Positions 1 to 9,722 of a DNA stretch of 64,000 bases are shown one piece after another. Under the pieces are notes generated by a model that was not told the origin of the DNA, did no database searches, and saw nothing but the letters and a program-made list of their open reading frames with translations. The DNA lies in NCBI RefSeq assembly GCF_036646415.1, contig NZ_JAVXMF010000001.1:65671-129670 (forward strand), given 5' to 3'. Both the position numbers and the translations under genes were made by a program. Numbering within the stretch: the first letter of the stretch is position 1; every line of letters starts with the position of its first letter. Source of the stretch: Clostridium sp. (GTDB lineage Bacteria > Bacillota > Clostridia > Clostridiales > Clostridiaceae).

Positions 1-1478
1 GTACTTTTATAATTGTCTATAGTCATTTTATCGAAGAAATCACTCATCATAAAACTCATAATAATAAGCATTGATGCAAAACTAATACCAATGAAAAACA
101 CTAAAAACTTAGATGTATTTCTAAAAATAAAGGAATATTTATATCTAGTTTGTACCTTTGAATTTTTCAAAAGTTTATTTACTAGTTTATTTACATATCC
201 TACCTTTTCATTCTCTCCTGATCTCAAAAGTTCAATGGATTTTTTAGATAGCATCTTCATTATAATTATAGACGAAAATCCAACTGTGAAAACTAGTGGT
301 AATACTATGGCAGTAAGTACCACACTAAAATCTGTTTCTATAGGTACATTAGGCAATAAATAGAACTCTAAATATAAATTTTTCATTGGTTCTGCTGCCA
401 ATGTGCCTAAAAAATATCCCCCAACTAACATAGGTAACGATACTATAATTAATAGCATAATATAAGGCAGTGCTATTTCATATTTTGAATATCCAAGAGC
501 TTTTAAAACACCTATTTGTGACTTTTCACTTTTCAAAATCTTATAGGTTATTATAGCAACAATAAGCACTGCTATGGATGCAATTATCATACTAATTCCA
601 AGAGTAGCCGCTTTTCCAGATTTCAATTCTTCATAAATCGCACCACTCCTTAACTGATTTTCTGTTAGAGTAATATTAGTTATAAAGCTTAAATCCTTAT
701 TATCCTTGAAAGTTTTTACAATTTTATTATCAAAATCATCTATATTTCCTATGCCTGCAAAATAGCAATTTTCCACAGCACCTTTAATATTCTCATACTC
801 TTCATCAGTAGTTAAGCCAACTGTAATCTTTGAATTGTCTATTATGAATTCATTACCCATCATAGGCATATTAAAATCTGGGAAAGTAACAAATCCACAA
901 ATAGTATATTCCTTACCATTTAATACAAAGTTATCGCTTAAATTAAGATTATTCTTTTCAGCATAAACTCTATTTATAGCAATTTCGTTAGCTTTTTCTG
1001 GTCCTCGCCCCTTTTCAATTAAGGATATATTTATATCTTTTCCTGCTTTAAAAACTCTAATTTTATGACCTTGTCCATTTGTGGTAAAATTAATATCTTT
1101 AAATTCTCTAAGTTCTAAGTTATATCCCTCATAGAATTTATTAAACTTATCTTTTCTATCTTTTAAAACCTTATAATAAAGCTGTGGATTGACTTTTTTT
1201 ATGTCCATTACACTTAAAATACTATATCTTGCACTATCCTCTATTTTTAAATTCATTATCTCCTGTTCAGTTAAAGCATTTATCATGTCAATTGAAAAAG
1301 ACTCTTGTTTATTTTCCTTCATCATGTTTTCCATTGGTGATCTTAAGCCTTCTATGGCATAACTCATAGTGGTATAAATGAAGGCACTTAAACAAATAAT
1401 TATTCCTATGGATAATAGCTGAAACTTCTTATTACTAAAAGTTTTTAAAGTGTTTTTAAATAACATCTTTATGCCCAT
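1..1478 (-). CDS. ABC transporter permease, FtsX/MacB-like. Partial: the 3' end lies beyond the window start.
   Basis: The minus-strand reading frame stays open from the window edge to an ATG at 1476-1478. That ATG overlaps the stop of the downstream ATPase gene (ATGGGCATAA). The translation is hydrophobic and permease-like. The track ORF at 13..363 (+) sits on the opposite strand and is discounted. Confidence 0.7.
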   Translation of the reverse strand, partial: MGIKMLFKNTLKTFSNKKFQLLSIGIIICLSAFIYTTMSYAIEGLRSPMENMMKENKQESFSIDMINALTEQEIMNLKIEDSARYSILSVMDIKKVNPQLYYKVLKDRKDKFNKFYEGYNLELREFKDINFTTNGQGHKIRVFKAGKDINISLIEKGRGPEKANEIAINRVYAEKNNLNLSDNFVLNGKEYTICGFVTFPDFNMPMMGNEFIIDNSKITVGLTTDEEYENIKGAVENCYFAGIGNIDDFDNKIVKTFKDNKDLSFITNITLTENQLRSGAIYEELKSGKAATLGISMIIASIAVLIVAIITYKILKSEKSQIGVLKALGYSKYEIALPYIMLLIIVSLPMLVGGYFLGTLAAEPMKNLYLEFYLLPNVPIETDFSVVLTAIVLPLVFTVGFSSIIIMKMLSKKSIELLRSGENEKVGYVNKLVNKLLKNSKVQTRYKYSFIFRNTSKFLVFFIGISFASMLIIMSFMMSDFFDKMTIDNYKS

Positions 1479-2170
1479 TGTATATCCCTAGCCTTCCATT
1501 TTGATGTTACTTTTATTTCTTCCACTATTCTTCCTGAATTCATCTTAATAATTCTATCTGCCATATGAGCAATACTCGGATTATGAGTTATAAGTATTGT
1601 AGTTGTTTTATATTTTTCATTCATATTTTGTATAATTTCTAAAACCTGTTTACCTGTTTTTTCATCAAGAGCTCCTGTAGGTTCATCACAGAAAAGTATA
1701 TTTGGATTTTTACATATACTCCTAGCAATAGATACCCTTTGCTGTTCTCCACCAGATAACTGATATGGATACTTCTTTTCCATCCCCTGAAGTCCTACTG
1801 CCTTTATTATATCCTCACTATTTAAAGGATTTTTCCCTATAGCTGCACCCATTTCTATATTTTCTTCTACATTTAAGCTTTGTAATAAATTATATTGTTG
1901 AAAAATAAATCCTAAATGCTTTCTTCTAAATCTAGTAAGCTTTTCTTCATTATAATTACTTATATCTTCATCATTAATAATTATTTCCCCAGAAGTTGGT
2001 GTATCTAATCCACTTATTACATTTAACATTGTACTTTTTCCACTTCCACTAGGTCCTAATATTACAATAAACTCACCTTTCTGTATCTCCAAATTTATAT
2101 CCTTCAAAGCCAATGTTTCCACTTCTCCGCTTTTGTATATTTTATTTACATTTTTCATTTTTATGGTCAT
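1469..2170 (-). CDS. ABC transporter ATP-binding protein, MacB/LolD-like
   Basis: Walker A motif GPSGSGKST. ABC signature LSGGEQQRVSIARS. Walker B motif ILFCDEPT. Confidence 0.9.
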   Translation of the reverse strand: MTIKMKNVNKIYKSGEVETLALKDINLEIQKGEFIVILGPSGSGKSTMLNVISGLDTPTSGEIIINDEDISNYNEEKLTRFRRKHLGFIFQQYNLLQSLNVEENIEMGAAIGKNPLNSEDIIKAVGLQGMEKKYPYQLSGGEQQRVSIARSICKNPNILFCDEPTGALDEKTGKQVLEIIQNMNEKYKTTTILITHNPSIAHMADRIIKMNSGRIVEEIKVTSKWKARDIQWA

Positions 2171-2560
2171 AAAAACGCCTCCTAATCTTTTTGCTATGAA
2201 ATTAATAATACCTACTTTAATAATACACCTAAACTAATTTATAGTCCTTAGATTTACTATTTATTACTTCTTCCGTAAGAAGTTTTTTCATACAAATCAT
2301 CATCCATATCCTGAATATGACCTAGTCAAGCAAATTTGCAACACTAATTTCAAAGGAATAATAAAAATATATTCTCCACTAGAAGCATCTAAATATCCCG
2401 ATAAACCAGACTTGGTTATTAGCATAAAAAAGCACAAGATATTTAATAACATCTTGTGCTTTTTCTACTTGTCCAAAAGTCTAAGCTAACCAGAACTGGC
2501 CACGCAAAAAACTTTGTGCAAACTTAATAAAATAGTGTAGCATCTTTCAATAACTAATTA

Positions 2561-3682
2561 TTATTTTTTATTCCCATTATTATTTCCATTAGAATTCCCA
2601 TTGGAATTTTCTTTTTTCTCATTATTTTCTGATTTATCAGGAGCTTTTCCTTGATTGTCTTCTTTTTTCTCCGTAGCCTTTTCTTTACCTACCTCTGCCT
2701 TATTAGCCTCTTTTTCTTGGTTACTTACTGCTTTATCAGCAGACTTTTCTTCACCTGTTTTTGCCTTATTAGACACTTTTTCTTCATTGGTTACTGCTTT
2801 ATCAGCGGCCTTTTCTTCACCTATCTGTGCCTGGTTAGCTACTTTTTCTTCATTGGTTACTGCTTTATCAACAGTATTTTCTTCATTTATTTCAGCTTTA
2901 TCACTATCTGTTTCTTCCTTATCTGGTAAAGAAATAGATGAGTTTTCTTTCTCAGCTTTTTTATTTTCCTTTATTGCATGCATAATATCTTTTACTGGTT
3001 TGTTTAGCCATTCCTGAAGGTCTATACTATTAGGGTCTTTTGCACTTGCTTGTAACTTCTGCACAAGATTCAACTTACCTGGTGTGACACCAAGTTCTTT
3101 GGCTTCCTTAACACGTTGTTCACCTACACTGATTGATTCAACCTCAACTGTATCTCCATTTTCTTCTGTATTGTCTATCACACTTTCGCCAAGTTCAGTG
3201 GCAAGTTCTTCTGCTTCTTCCAAATCTTCTGAAGATGTTGAAATTATAATTCCACCCTCCACATCACCATCAAAATATCCATCTTGCGAAAGTTGTTCTA
3301 CAGTAATTTTTAATGCATCATCAATTTTCATATTACTTAGATTACTTGGGTCAATTTCTTTGAGAATTTCAGTTCCATCACTATTCACTCCTTTGACAGA
3401 AAGAACACGTTCAAATCTATTAAGGGAGTATTCGATAGATGGGTTTACATCAAGGCTTACATAAGTATAAGGTGTTGTGTAGACATATACACCACCCGCA
3501 ATTACAAGTGCAACAGCACTTGCGGTATAAATAGCAATCCTTTTAAATTTATTTGTTATTTGTTTTTTCATTTCAATCACCTGTCCAATCGCATAATTAT
3601 TATTTTTTATTTTTACTATGCAACCATCATCAGATAGGGCTGCTACATATTTTTCACGTATTTCTACAATAACCGCTTTCAT
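2561..3682 (-). CDS. rsgI: Anti-sigma-I factor RsgI-like. It has an N-terminal RsgI_N domain, one transmembrane segment, and an acidic Lys/Glu-rich repetitive C-terminal region.
   Basis: The N-terminus MKAVIVEIREKYVAALSDDGCIVKIKNNNYAIGQVIEM matches the RsgI N-terminal domain. Its start overlaps the stop of the upstream sigma factor gene by 4 nt (ATGA). A transmembrane helix lies at about aa 50-70. Confidence 0.65.
   Translation of the reverse strand: MKAVIVEIREKYVAALSDDGCIVKIKNNNYAIGQVIEMKKQITNKFKRIAIYTASAVALVIAGGVYVYTTPYTYVSLDVNPSIEYSLNRFERVLSVKGVNSDGTEILKEIDPSNLSNMKIDDALKITVEQLSQDGYFDGDVEGGIIISTSSEDLEEAEELATELGESVIDNTEENGDTVEVESISVGEQRVKEAKELGVTPGKLNLVQKLQASAKDPNSIDLQEWLNKPVKDIMHAIKENKKAEKENSSISLPDKEETDSDKAEINEENTVDKAVTNEEKVANQAQIGEEKAADKAVTNEEKVSNKAKTGEEKSADKAVSNQEKEANKAEVGKEKATEKKEDNQGKAPDKSENNEKKENSNGNSNGNNNGNKK
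2655..2900. repeat. Tandem ~60 bp coding repeats inside rsgI. They encode the unit EEKxADKAVTNEEKVxNKAxxG.
   Basis: Visible tandem DNA repeats: ...ttttcttcacctgtttttgcc.../...ttttcttcacctatctgtgcc.../...tttcttcattggttactgctttatca... The protein repeat KAVTNEEKV occurs 3 times. Confidence 0.6.
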
Positions 3683-4398
3683 CTATCTAGCTCCTTTCTG
3701 ATAAACCGCATATATTCTGCGAGGCCGGGATACTCTCCGGAAAGTATCTCCACTGCCGCTATTATATACTTACGGTGACGTTCCAAAATTTTTCGGGGTA
3801 CCTTTGTATTTTTTTCAATTATTTTTAATGGTAGTTGTTTTAGATTATAAATTTCTTCAATTAAAAGTGGATTTTTCAAAATAAAAACAACTGCTTTTGC
3901 ACATGACTTTTTTGTTTTTTCTGCTTTCGGGGAACATTCTGAAAGTTCAAAGAATGAAAATCCAAAATTAGCAAATGCTTCATTAGCATCATTAATCTCA
4001 TATTGCAGCGTATTATCTTTATTTTTATGTACCTTGTCCACTACTGCTAGTCTAATATGAAGATTTTCATCATCATCATTTGATTCTGTATCAAATACCT
4101 TAGGATTAACTGCTATTTCATTTTTATACTTAGATTGTGCTCTGTAGTGGTCAATAAGCTGACAACGAATAATCATTTCAGCAAAGCTAACAAAGCTACC
4201 TCTATTAAAATCGTAGGATTGTACTGCTTTGTTAAATGCCACAAGTGCCAGTGACCATTCATCATCATTTTTTGTAATATATCGGTGGGTAATTGAAGAA
4301 ACACATTTTAAGATAAAAAATTGATTTTCTTCAATAAACTGATTAAGTATTTTTTCATCTGTAGCGGCTTGTAATGCCATTGTATCAAATTCTCTCAA
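3679..4398 (-). CDS. sigI: RNA polymerase sigma factor SigI, sigma-70 family
   Basis: The gene sits immediately upstream of rsgI and is translationally coupled to it. The protein is 240-253 aa with regions 2 and 4 typical of sigma-70. The track ORF extends to 4440. A GGGAGG ribosome-binding site lies 7 nt before a TTG at 4396-4398, and an ATG at 4378-4380 is an alternative start. Confidence 0.65.
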   Translation of the reverse strand: MREFDTMALQAATDEKILNQFIEENQFFILKCVSSITHRYITKNDDEWSLALVAFNKAVQSYDFNRGSFVSFAEMIIRCQLIDHYRAQSKYKNEIAVNPKVFDTESNDDDENLHIRLAVVDKVHKNKDNTLQYEINDANEAFANFGFSFFELSECSPKAEKTKKSCAKAVVFILKNPLLIEEIYNLKQLPLKIIEKNTKVPRKILERHRKYIIAAVEILSGEYPGLAEYMRFIRKELDR

Positions 4399-4613
4399 TA
4401 TGTTGCCTCCCAGTAATACTATTTTGTCATATAAAAACAACAGCTATATTTTAAAATCTTCCATTTTATATAAAATATAAATATTTTTAATATTTATATG
4501 ATTATATCAAAGGAAGATTATAAAAACAATTTTATTTAATTAATAAATATTATATATTACCTTAGTATAAAGCTAACATATAATATTCCTTAAATCCTCT
4601 ATACCGGTCCATC

Positions 4614-5231
4614 CTAGTTTTTTGTGAATGCTATAAATCCACATTCTGTTGGATGGTCTAAAATATATGCATCGCGATACTTTAATAACATTAATGCAAT
4701 GGTTATATCTCCGCCAGCCCCTAAAATGTTTATCAAGCTAATAAACATAAGAGCTCCACTTCCAATAAAATAAGATATTGCAAATAATCCAATTCCCAAA
4801 ATCATAAGAGGCATCAGACCACCAAATATATAACCCCCAAACTTCAATGGTTCCTTACAATGGCAATATGGAGTTAATTTTTCCCATACAACACCCAAAT
4901 GAATACTTTTCCATTTATCTTTGCAAAACAAACTCCAACTTATCCCATGTATAACTTCATGAATTGCGAAAAAAAACGCCATTACTGGAAAGTACAAAAT
5001 CAACATGAAAATTCCATTTCCTTCAAAAGAAAAACTGATAGTATTCCATTTTAACATATATAAAATAAAACAAACAACGACTATTGGTGCCGCAGTTATA
5101 AATGCCATAAGATTTGCTTTTAGTATAGAAATAATCCCTATATTTTCATTAAATCCTTGGTTTAACATTTCCAAACGATTACTCTCATAACTTTCTATCC
5201 GTTTTTGTTTTTCAATATTCTTCTTGTCCAT
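4614..5231 (-). CDS. Polytopic membrane protein with an HExxH motif. DUF3267-like putative zincin peptidase.
   Basis: 205 aa with 4-5 transmembrane helices. It carries the motif HEVIHGISW. Confidence 0.45.
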   Translation of the reverse strand: MDKKNIEKQKRIESYESNRLEMLNQGFNENIGIISILKANLMAFITAAPIVVVCFILYMLKWNTISFSFEGNGIFMLILYFPVMAFFFAIHEVIHGISWSLFCKDKWKSIHLGVVWEKLTPYCHCKEPLKFGGYIFGGLMPLMILGIGLFAISYFIGSGALMFISLINILGAGGDITIALMLLKYRDAYILDHPTECGFIAFTKN

Positions 5232-5505
5232 ATTAAAAACCTCCTACTTGTAAAACATAAATTCCTTTTATCCCTTTCATTATAAAATTTTTCATCACCT
5301 TATTTTAACATTATATAATAATTTACACAATTTTAATGATAAAATAAAAAGCCATAAACTTAATTATGACTTTTAAACTTAATTATGACTTTTAAACTTA
5401 ATATTTTAAATCAATATTTTTATAGATGTATTTTGGAAAAAACTTCGTTTTTTATACCAAATAAAATTCAAATATGAATTTAAGGTTCAGCTTCTGAGTC
5501 TCATT

Positions 5506-5847
5506 TTAGCAAGCAACGATTTCTTTGATCATAAACTCTCTTCCGCTTAATATCTCAAAGTCTTTACTTCCGCAGTTTGGACACTTACCTTTATTCTCAA
5601 TGAGATTAAAAACTTTGTTACACTCTTTGCAAAGAGCATTTCCTGGTAATATCTCAATTTCTAATTTAGTCTCTTGCAATGACGTACCATCCACTGCAGC
5701 TGGGTAACACGCCTGAATATATTTTGGGATCATTGATGAGAGCTCGCCAATCTGGAGAACTAATTTATCGATTTTTGTTACTCCATTTTTTTTTGCAAAG
5801 TCTTCAACATTTTCAATGACATTAATTACAACGCCTAATTCGTGCAA
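5506..5847 (-). CDS. hypA: Hydrogenase/nickel-enzyme maturation factor HypA, a Ni-insertion zinc-finger protein
   Basis: 113 aa. The start MHELGV matches HypA. A C-terminal CxxC...CxxC zinc ribbon is present (CKECN...CPNCGS). Confidence 0.8.
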   Translation of the reverse strand: MHELGVVINVIENVEDFAKKNGVTKIDKLVLQIGELSSMIPKYIQACYPAAVDGTSLQETKLEIEILPGNALCKECNKVFNLIENKGKCPNCGSKDFEILSGREFMIKEIVAC

Positions 5848-5933
5848 AGGAACTCACCTCTCTTATCAAAGTTTAAAAGCGGAGGAACTTGCATTCCCCC
5901 GTCTTTTTTTTTTGTATAATTTATAAATTTATC

Positions 5934-8648
5934 TTACTTGGATTTTTCATTAGAGAACATTGATCCAAAGAATTTTGCTGGCTTTTTTATAGCAATTCTT
6001 ACCTTACGTTTTAACGCGTATTTTACTATGGTAGACTTCATATCAGCAAATTCTGGATTTGCATTATCATACTTTCTTACAAGTTTGATTGCATCAAACT
6101 TACATTTTGTAGTACAAGCACCGCATCCTACGCACATGTATTCATCTACAACTGTAGCACCACAGCCAAGGCAGCGTTCAGTTTCCTTTTTAATCTGCTC
6201 TTCTGTAAATGTACCACGTAAATCCTTGAAAGTGTCTTTGCATGTATTTCCTTCAGCATGACCTGCTTTTTGTCTTGGAATACTATCGTATCCTTCAAGA
6301 TTAAGAGTTGATTTATCAAATGCAATGTAATCTCTCTTAGTACGACCGATAATCAAACTTTGTCCATTCTGAACAAAACGATGGATTGAAATTGCACCTT
6401 CTTTACCCATAGCAATAGCATCGATAGCAAACTTAGGACCTGTAAATGCATCACCACCGGCGAATATATCTGACTCACCAGTTTGTAATGTAATAAGATC
6501 ACCTTTAATTGTCTTGTTTGGATTCAACTCTACTTTGCTGTCTGCAATCAGGTTACCCCAGTCCATTGCCTGACCTACTGAGATCATCACATTACTTGCA
6601 TTAACTATCTTAGTTTCATTTTCATCGAATTTAGGATTAAACCTTTTATTCTCATCGAAGACCGAAATACATTTTTTGAATTCCACACCAACAACACGTC
6701 CATTTTCAGTAACAATGCGTTTTGGTCCCCAGGAATTGTTTATGCTGATGTCTTCTGCCATTGCTTCTTCAATTTCTTCACCAAGAGCCGGCATTTCCTC
6801 ACGGCTTTCAAGACAGAACATCTCAACTTTTGAAGCACCCACTCTTGTAGCAGTTCTAGCAACGTCAATAGCAACGTTACCTCCTCCGATTACAATAGCC
6901 GTTCCTTCCATTTTTACATCTTCATTAAGACCAACCTTACGTAAGAAATCAACGCCAGTGATAACACCTTTTGCATCTTCACCTTCGATACCTAGATTTC
7001 TTCCTGCTTGAGCACCTATTGCAAGATAGAATGCTTTGAATCCCTGACTTCTTAAGTCTTTAAGACTTACGTCTTTACCCACTTCAACACCTGTCTTAAA
7101 CTCAACACCCAATTCTTTCAACACATCTATTTCTGCATTAACAACATCTTTTTCAAGTCTGAAAGCAGGGATGCCCAGTGCCAACATACCACCAAGAACT
7201 TTTTGTTTTTCAAACACCGTTACCTTATACCCATCAACAGCTAGGTAGTAAGCGCATGAAAGACCAGAAGGGCCTGCACCTACAACAGCAATTTTTTTAT
7301 CATATTCATGTTTTATCCTAGGCACATAGCGATGACCTGTATTCAAATCTTGTTCAGCTATAAATTTCTTGATATCATCTATAGCAATAGGATCATCAAT
7401 ATCGCCTCTGGTACAAGCTGATTCACAATATCTTGGGCAGACACGTCCACATACTGCAGGAAATGGATTTTCCTCTTTGATAAGCTCAAGTGCTTCAGTA
7501 TATTTTCCTTGAGATGCCAGCTTTATATACCCCTGAATTCCGATATGAGCAGGACATTCTGCTTTACATGGACTTGAGCCAGTATCCACAGAAACTTTTC
7601 TATTAGTACGATAATCTGGATTCCACTTGTCTGAACCCCATTCTGTGTCATATGGAAGTTCTCTTTTCTTCTCAATAATAGGTATTTTTGAGCATATTTT
7701 CTGACCTACTTTCAATGCATTAGTAGGACAATTTTCAACACACTCTCCGCAGCCAACACATTTGTCTTTATCAACTTGTGAAACATAGTTTGAACGTATC
7801 ATATCAGGATTTGCCCACATATTGGCAAGTCTCATAGCAAAGCATCCACAACCACAGCAGTTACAAATGGCATGAGTTTTTCCAGGACCATCTGTATTCG
7901 GTATATTATGCATTAAACCGTTTGCTTCGGCTTTTTTAATAATTTCAAAAGCTTCTTCACGGGTAATCTCTTTACCTTTGCCTGTACGGATATAATATTC
8001 AGCAGCATGTCCCATCTGAATACACATATCTTCCTTCAAGTGGCCGCAACCTTCCCCCATGGCTTCTCTTGATGTACGGCAAGCACAATCAGAAACTGAG
8101 AAAATAGTATTTTCTCTAAGATATTTGGAAACTTCCTCATAGGATGCACTTCTAGTTTCCCCTTCAATGGATCTTTCGATTGGAATTACACGCATTGGAC
8201 CTGAACCTACAGGAACAATTCCTGCTGCCACTGGGCCTCTTTTTTTACCATATGCATCAAAAGCCCTGGCAATTTGCGGGTACTTTCTAACGTTTTCCTT
8301 ATTGTTAACCATCATTTCCATATGACCTGGAACCCAAATTTCATGCCAGTATTTATCAACACCATCAATTTTGTTAACAAAGGCAACACCGGCATCTGCC
8401 AATGCCCATAAAAGTTCCTCTGTTTTCTCTACAGATTTACCGCATAGAGGAGCAATCTCTTTTGCGCTCATAGGTTTACGTAATTCAAGGCAAAGACCTG
8501 CTTCTGCCATTTCATCTGTAACAACAGGATCCAATATATAATATTCCGGATGTTCCGGCCTAACTTCTGTTTTTGACCCACGTTTTGTCCTGCTAATCTT
8601 ATTCGCAAGATCCAATACTCTTTCTTTTGCCATATGTATTCCCCCCAA
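5934..8648 (-). CDS. Multidomain Fe-S flavoprotein oxidoreductase, paralog 1. It has a Cys-rich N-terminal module that may be an Hdr-like CCG domain, a 4Fe-4S ferredoxin, a GltD/NfnB-like helical ferredoxin plus FAD/NAD(P)-binding domain, and a C-terminal 2x[4Fe-4S] domain.
   Basis: Cys-rich segment SDCACR...GCGH...C...ICNCCGCGC. Ferredoxin motifs CVGCGECVENCP and CxxC...CxxC. The segment SPCKAECPAHIGIQGYI...AVCGRVCP matches the Fer4_20 domain of GltD. Dinucleotide-binding motif AVVGAGPSGLSCAYYL. C-terminal motif CLGCGA...CVGCGACTTKC. Confidence 0.7.
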   Translation of the reverse strand: MGGIHMAKERVLDLANKISRTKRGSKTEVRPEHPEYYILDPVVTDEMAEAGLCLELRKPMSAKEIAPLCGKSVEKTEELLWALADAGVAFVNKIDGVDKYWHEIWVPGHMEMMVNNKENVRKYPQIARAFDAYGKKRGPVAAGIVPVGSGPMRVIPIERSIEGETRSASYEEVSKYLRENTIFSVSDCACRTSREAMGEGCGHLKEDMCIQMGHAAEYYIRTGKGKEITREEAFEIIKKAEANGLMHNIPNTDGPGKTHAICNCCGCGCFAMRLANMWANPDMIRSNYVSQVDKDKCVGCGECVENCPTNALKVGQKICSKIPIIEKKRELPYDTEWGSDKWNPDYRTNRKVSVDTGSSPCKAECPAHIGIQGYIKLASQGKYTEALELIKEENPFPAVCGRVCPRYCESACTRGDIDDPIAIDDIKKFIAEQDLNTGHRYVPRIKHEYDKKIAVVGAGPSGLSCAYYLAVDGYKVTVFEKQKVLGGMLALGIPAFRLEKDVVNAEIDVLKELGVEFKTGVEVGKDVSLKDLRSQGFKAFYLAIGAQAGRNLGIEGEDAKGVITGVDFLRKVGLNEDVKMEGTAIVIGGGNVAIDVARTATRVGASKVEMFCLESREEMPALGEEIEEAMAEDISINNSWGPKRIVTENGRVVGVEFKKCISVFDENKRFNPKFDENETKIVNASNVMISVGQAMDWGNLIADSKVELNPNKTIKGDLITLQTGESDIFAGGDAFTGPKFAIDAIAMGKEGAISIHRFVQNGQSLIIGRTKRDYIAFDKSTLNLEGYDSIPRQKAGHAEGNTCKDTFKDLRGTFTEEQIKKETERCLGCGATVVDEYMCVGCGACTTKCKFDAIKLVRKYDNANPEFADMKSTIVKYALKRKVRIAIKKPAKFFGSMFSNEKSK

Positions 8649-8668
8649 AGTAAAATTTAATTATAACC

Positions 8669-9340
8669 CTATTTTTCGTTCCAATTTTTCACTTCATTAC
8701 GTATCCAGTCAGCCCATTCATCAATTCCCTCGCCCTTTTTAGCAGAGATTGGGATAACCTTGATATTTGGGTTTAATTTTTTTATACGCTCTTTGACTGC
8801 CTCTAAATCAAAATCAAAATAATCTATTGCATCCATCTTATTAATTAACACAACATCTACAATAGAAAACATTAAAGGATATTTTAGAGGTTTATCATCT
8901 CCCTCTGGTACACTTAAAATCATTGCATTTTTTGATGCACCAGTGTCAAATTCTGCTGGACACACCAAATTCCCTACATTTTCTAAAATAGCAAAATCAA
9001 CATCTTCTGTTCCTAGTCCCAATAGACCTTGTTTGGTCATATCTGCATCGAGATGACACATCCCACCTGTGTGCAATTGAATTACTTTTGTACCAGTCTG
9101 CGCAACAGTATGAGCATCAACATCTGAGTCAATATCAGCTTCTAAAATTCCAATTCTCATTTCATCTTTTAAAGCTTCAATTGTTCTTAAAACTGTTGTT
9201 GTTTTCCCCGAACCAGGTGATGACATCAAATTCAACAAAAATGTCTTGTCTTTTTTCAATTCTTCTCTAAGCAAATCTGCTTGTCTATCATTGTCTTCAA
9301 AAACACTTTGCTTGATTTCAAGAACCTTATATTTATCCAT
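8669..9340 (-). CDS. hypB: Nickel-incorporation GTPase HypB
   Basis: P-loop SSPGSGKTT. The CH motif (GGMCHLDA) and NKMD are HypB/UreG-family GTPase signatures. Confidence 0.85.
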   Translation of the reverse strand: MDKYKVLEIKQSVFEDNDRQADLLREELKKDKTFLLNLMSSPGSGKTTTVLRTIEALKDEMRIGILEADIDSDVDAHTVAQTGTKVIQLHTGGMCHLDADMTKQGLLGLGTEDVDFAILENVGNLVCPAEFDTGASKNAMILSVPEGDDKPLKYPLMFSIVDVVLINKMDAIDYFDFDLEAVKERIKKLNPNIKVIPISAKKGEGIDEWADWIRNEVKNWNEK

Positions 9341-9722
9341 ATTATCTCTACCCCCATTTTATGTTAAACTTTCTATTTTTTTATATTAAGAACAAAATAA
9401 CATCGTTTACAAAATTATTGTAACATAAAATCAATATTAACAAAATAAGTTATTGCACAATTTTCTAAATATTTTAAAAAATAGGTGACTTCATGTCTGA
9501 AAGTCTTGATTTATGTGGAATTATTTTCAGAAACCCAAAAGTAGTGACCTAAAATTTATGTTCACATCAAATAAACATTTGAATAATACACCTAATACCA
9601 CTCTACTTAACAAAAGAAACCAATAGAATAATAAGACAATCCCTCTTTATTTAATTCCCTTAAAATATTTTTCTTAAAGCAAAAGGAGAACCACTATATC
9701 TAGCGATTCTTCCTTGAAAATT

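Noticed and set aside
13-363. Track ORF 13..363 (+)
   Set aside because: It lies antisense within the long open minus-strand permease frame that is translationally coupled to the ABC ATPase. The minus-strand frame is the real gene.
2651-3464. Plus-strand ORFs 2651..2929, 2655..3017 and 3084..3464 antisense to rsgI
   Set aside because: They are low-complexity translations (F/L/S-rich) of the antisense strand of a repeat-rich gene. They have no ribosome-binding site and lie fully inside a better-supported minus-strand CDS.
6676-7011. ORFs 6676..7011 (+) and 10570..10845 (+) with Ser/Pro/Thr-rich translations
   Set aside because: They are antisense to the two paralogous oxidoreductase genes. 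They appear in both copies only because the sense genes are duplicated, and their composition bias is typical of a shadow ORF.
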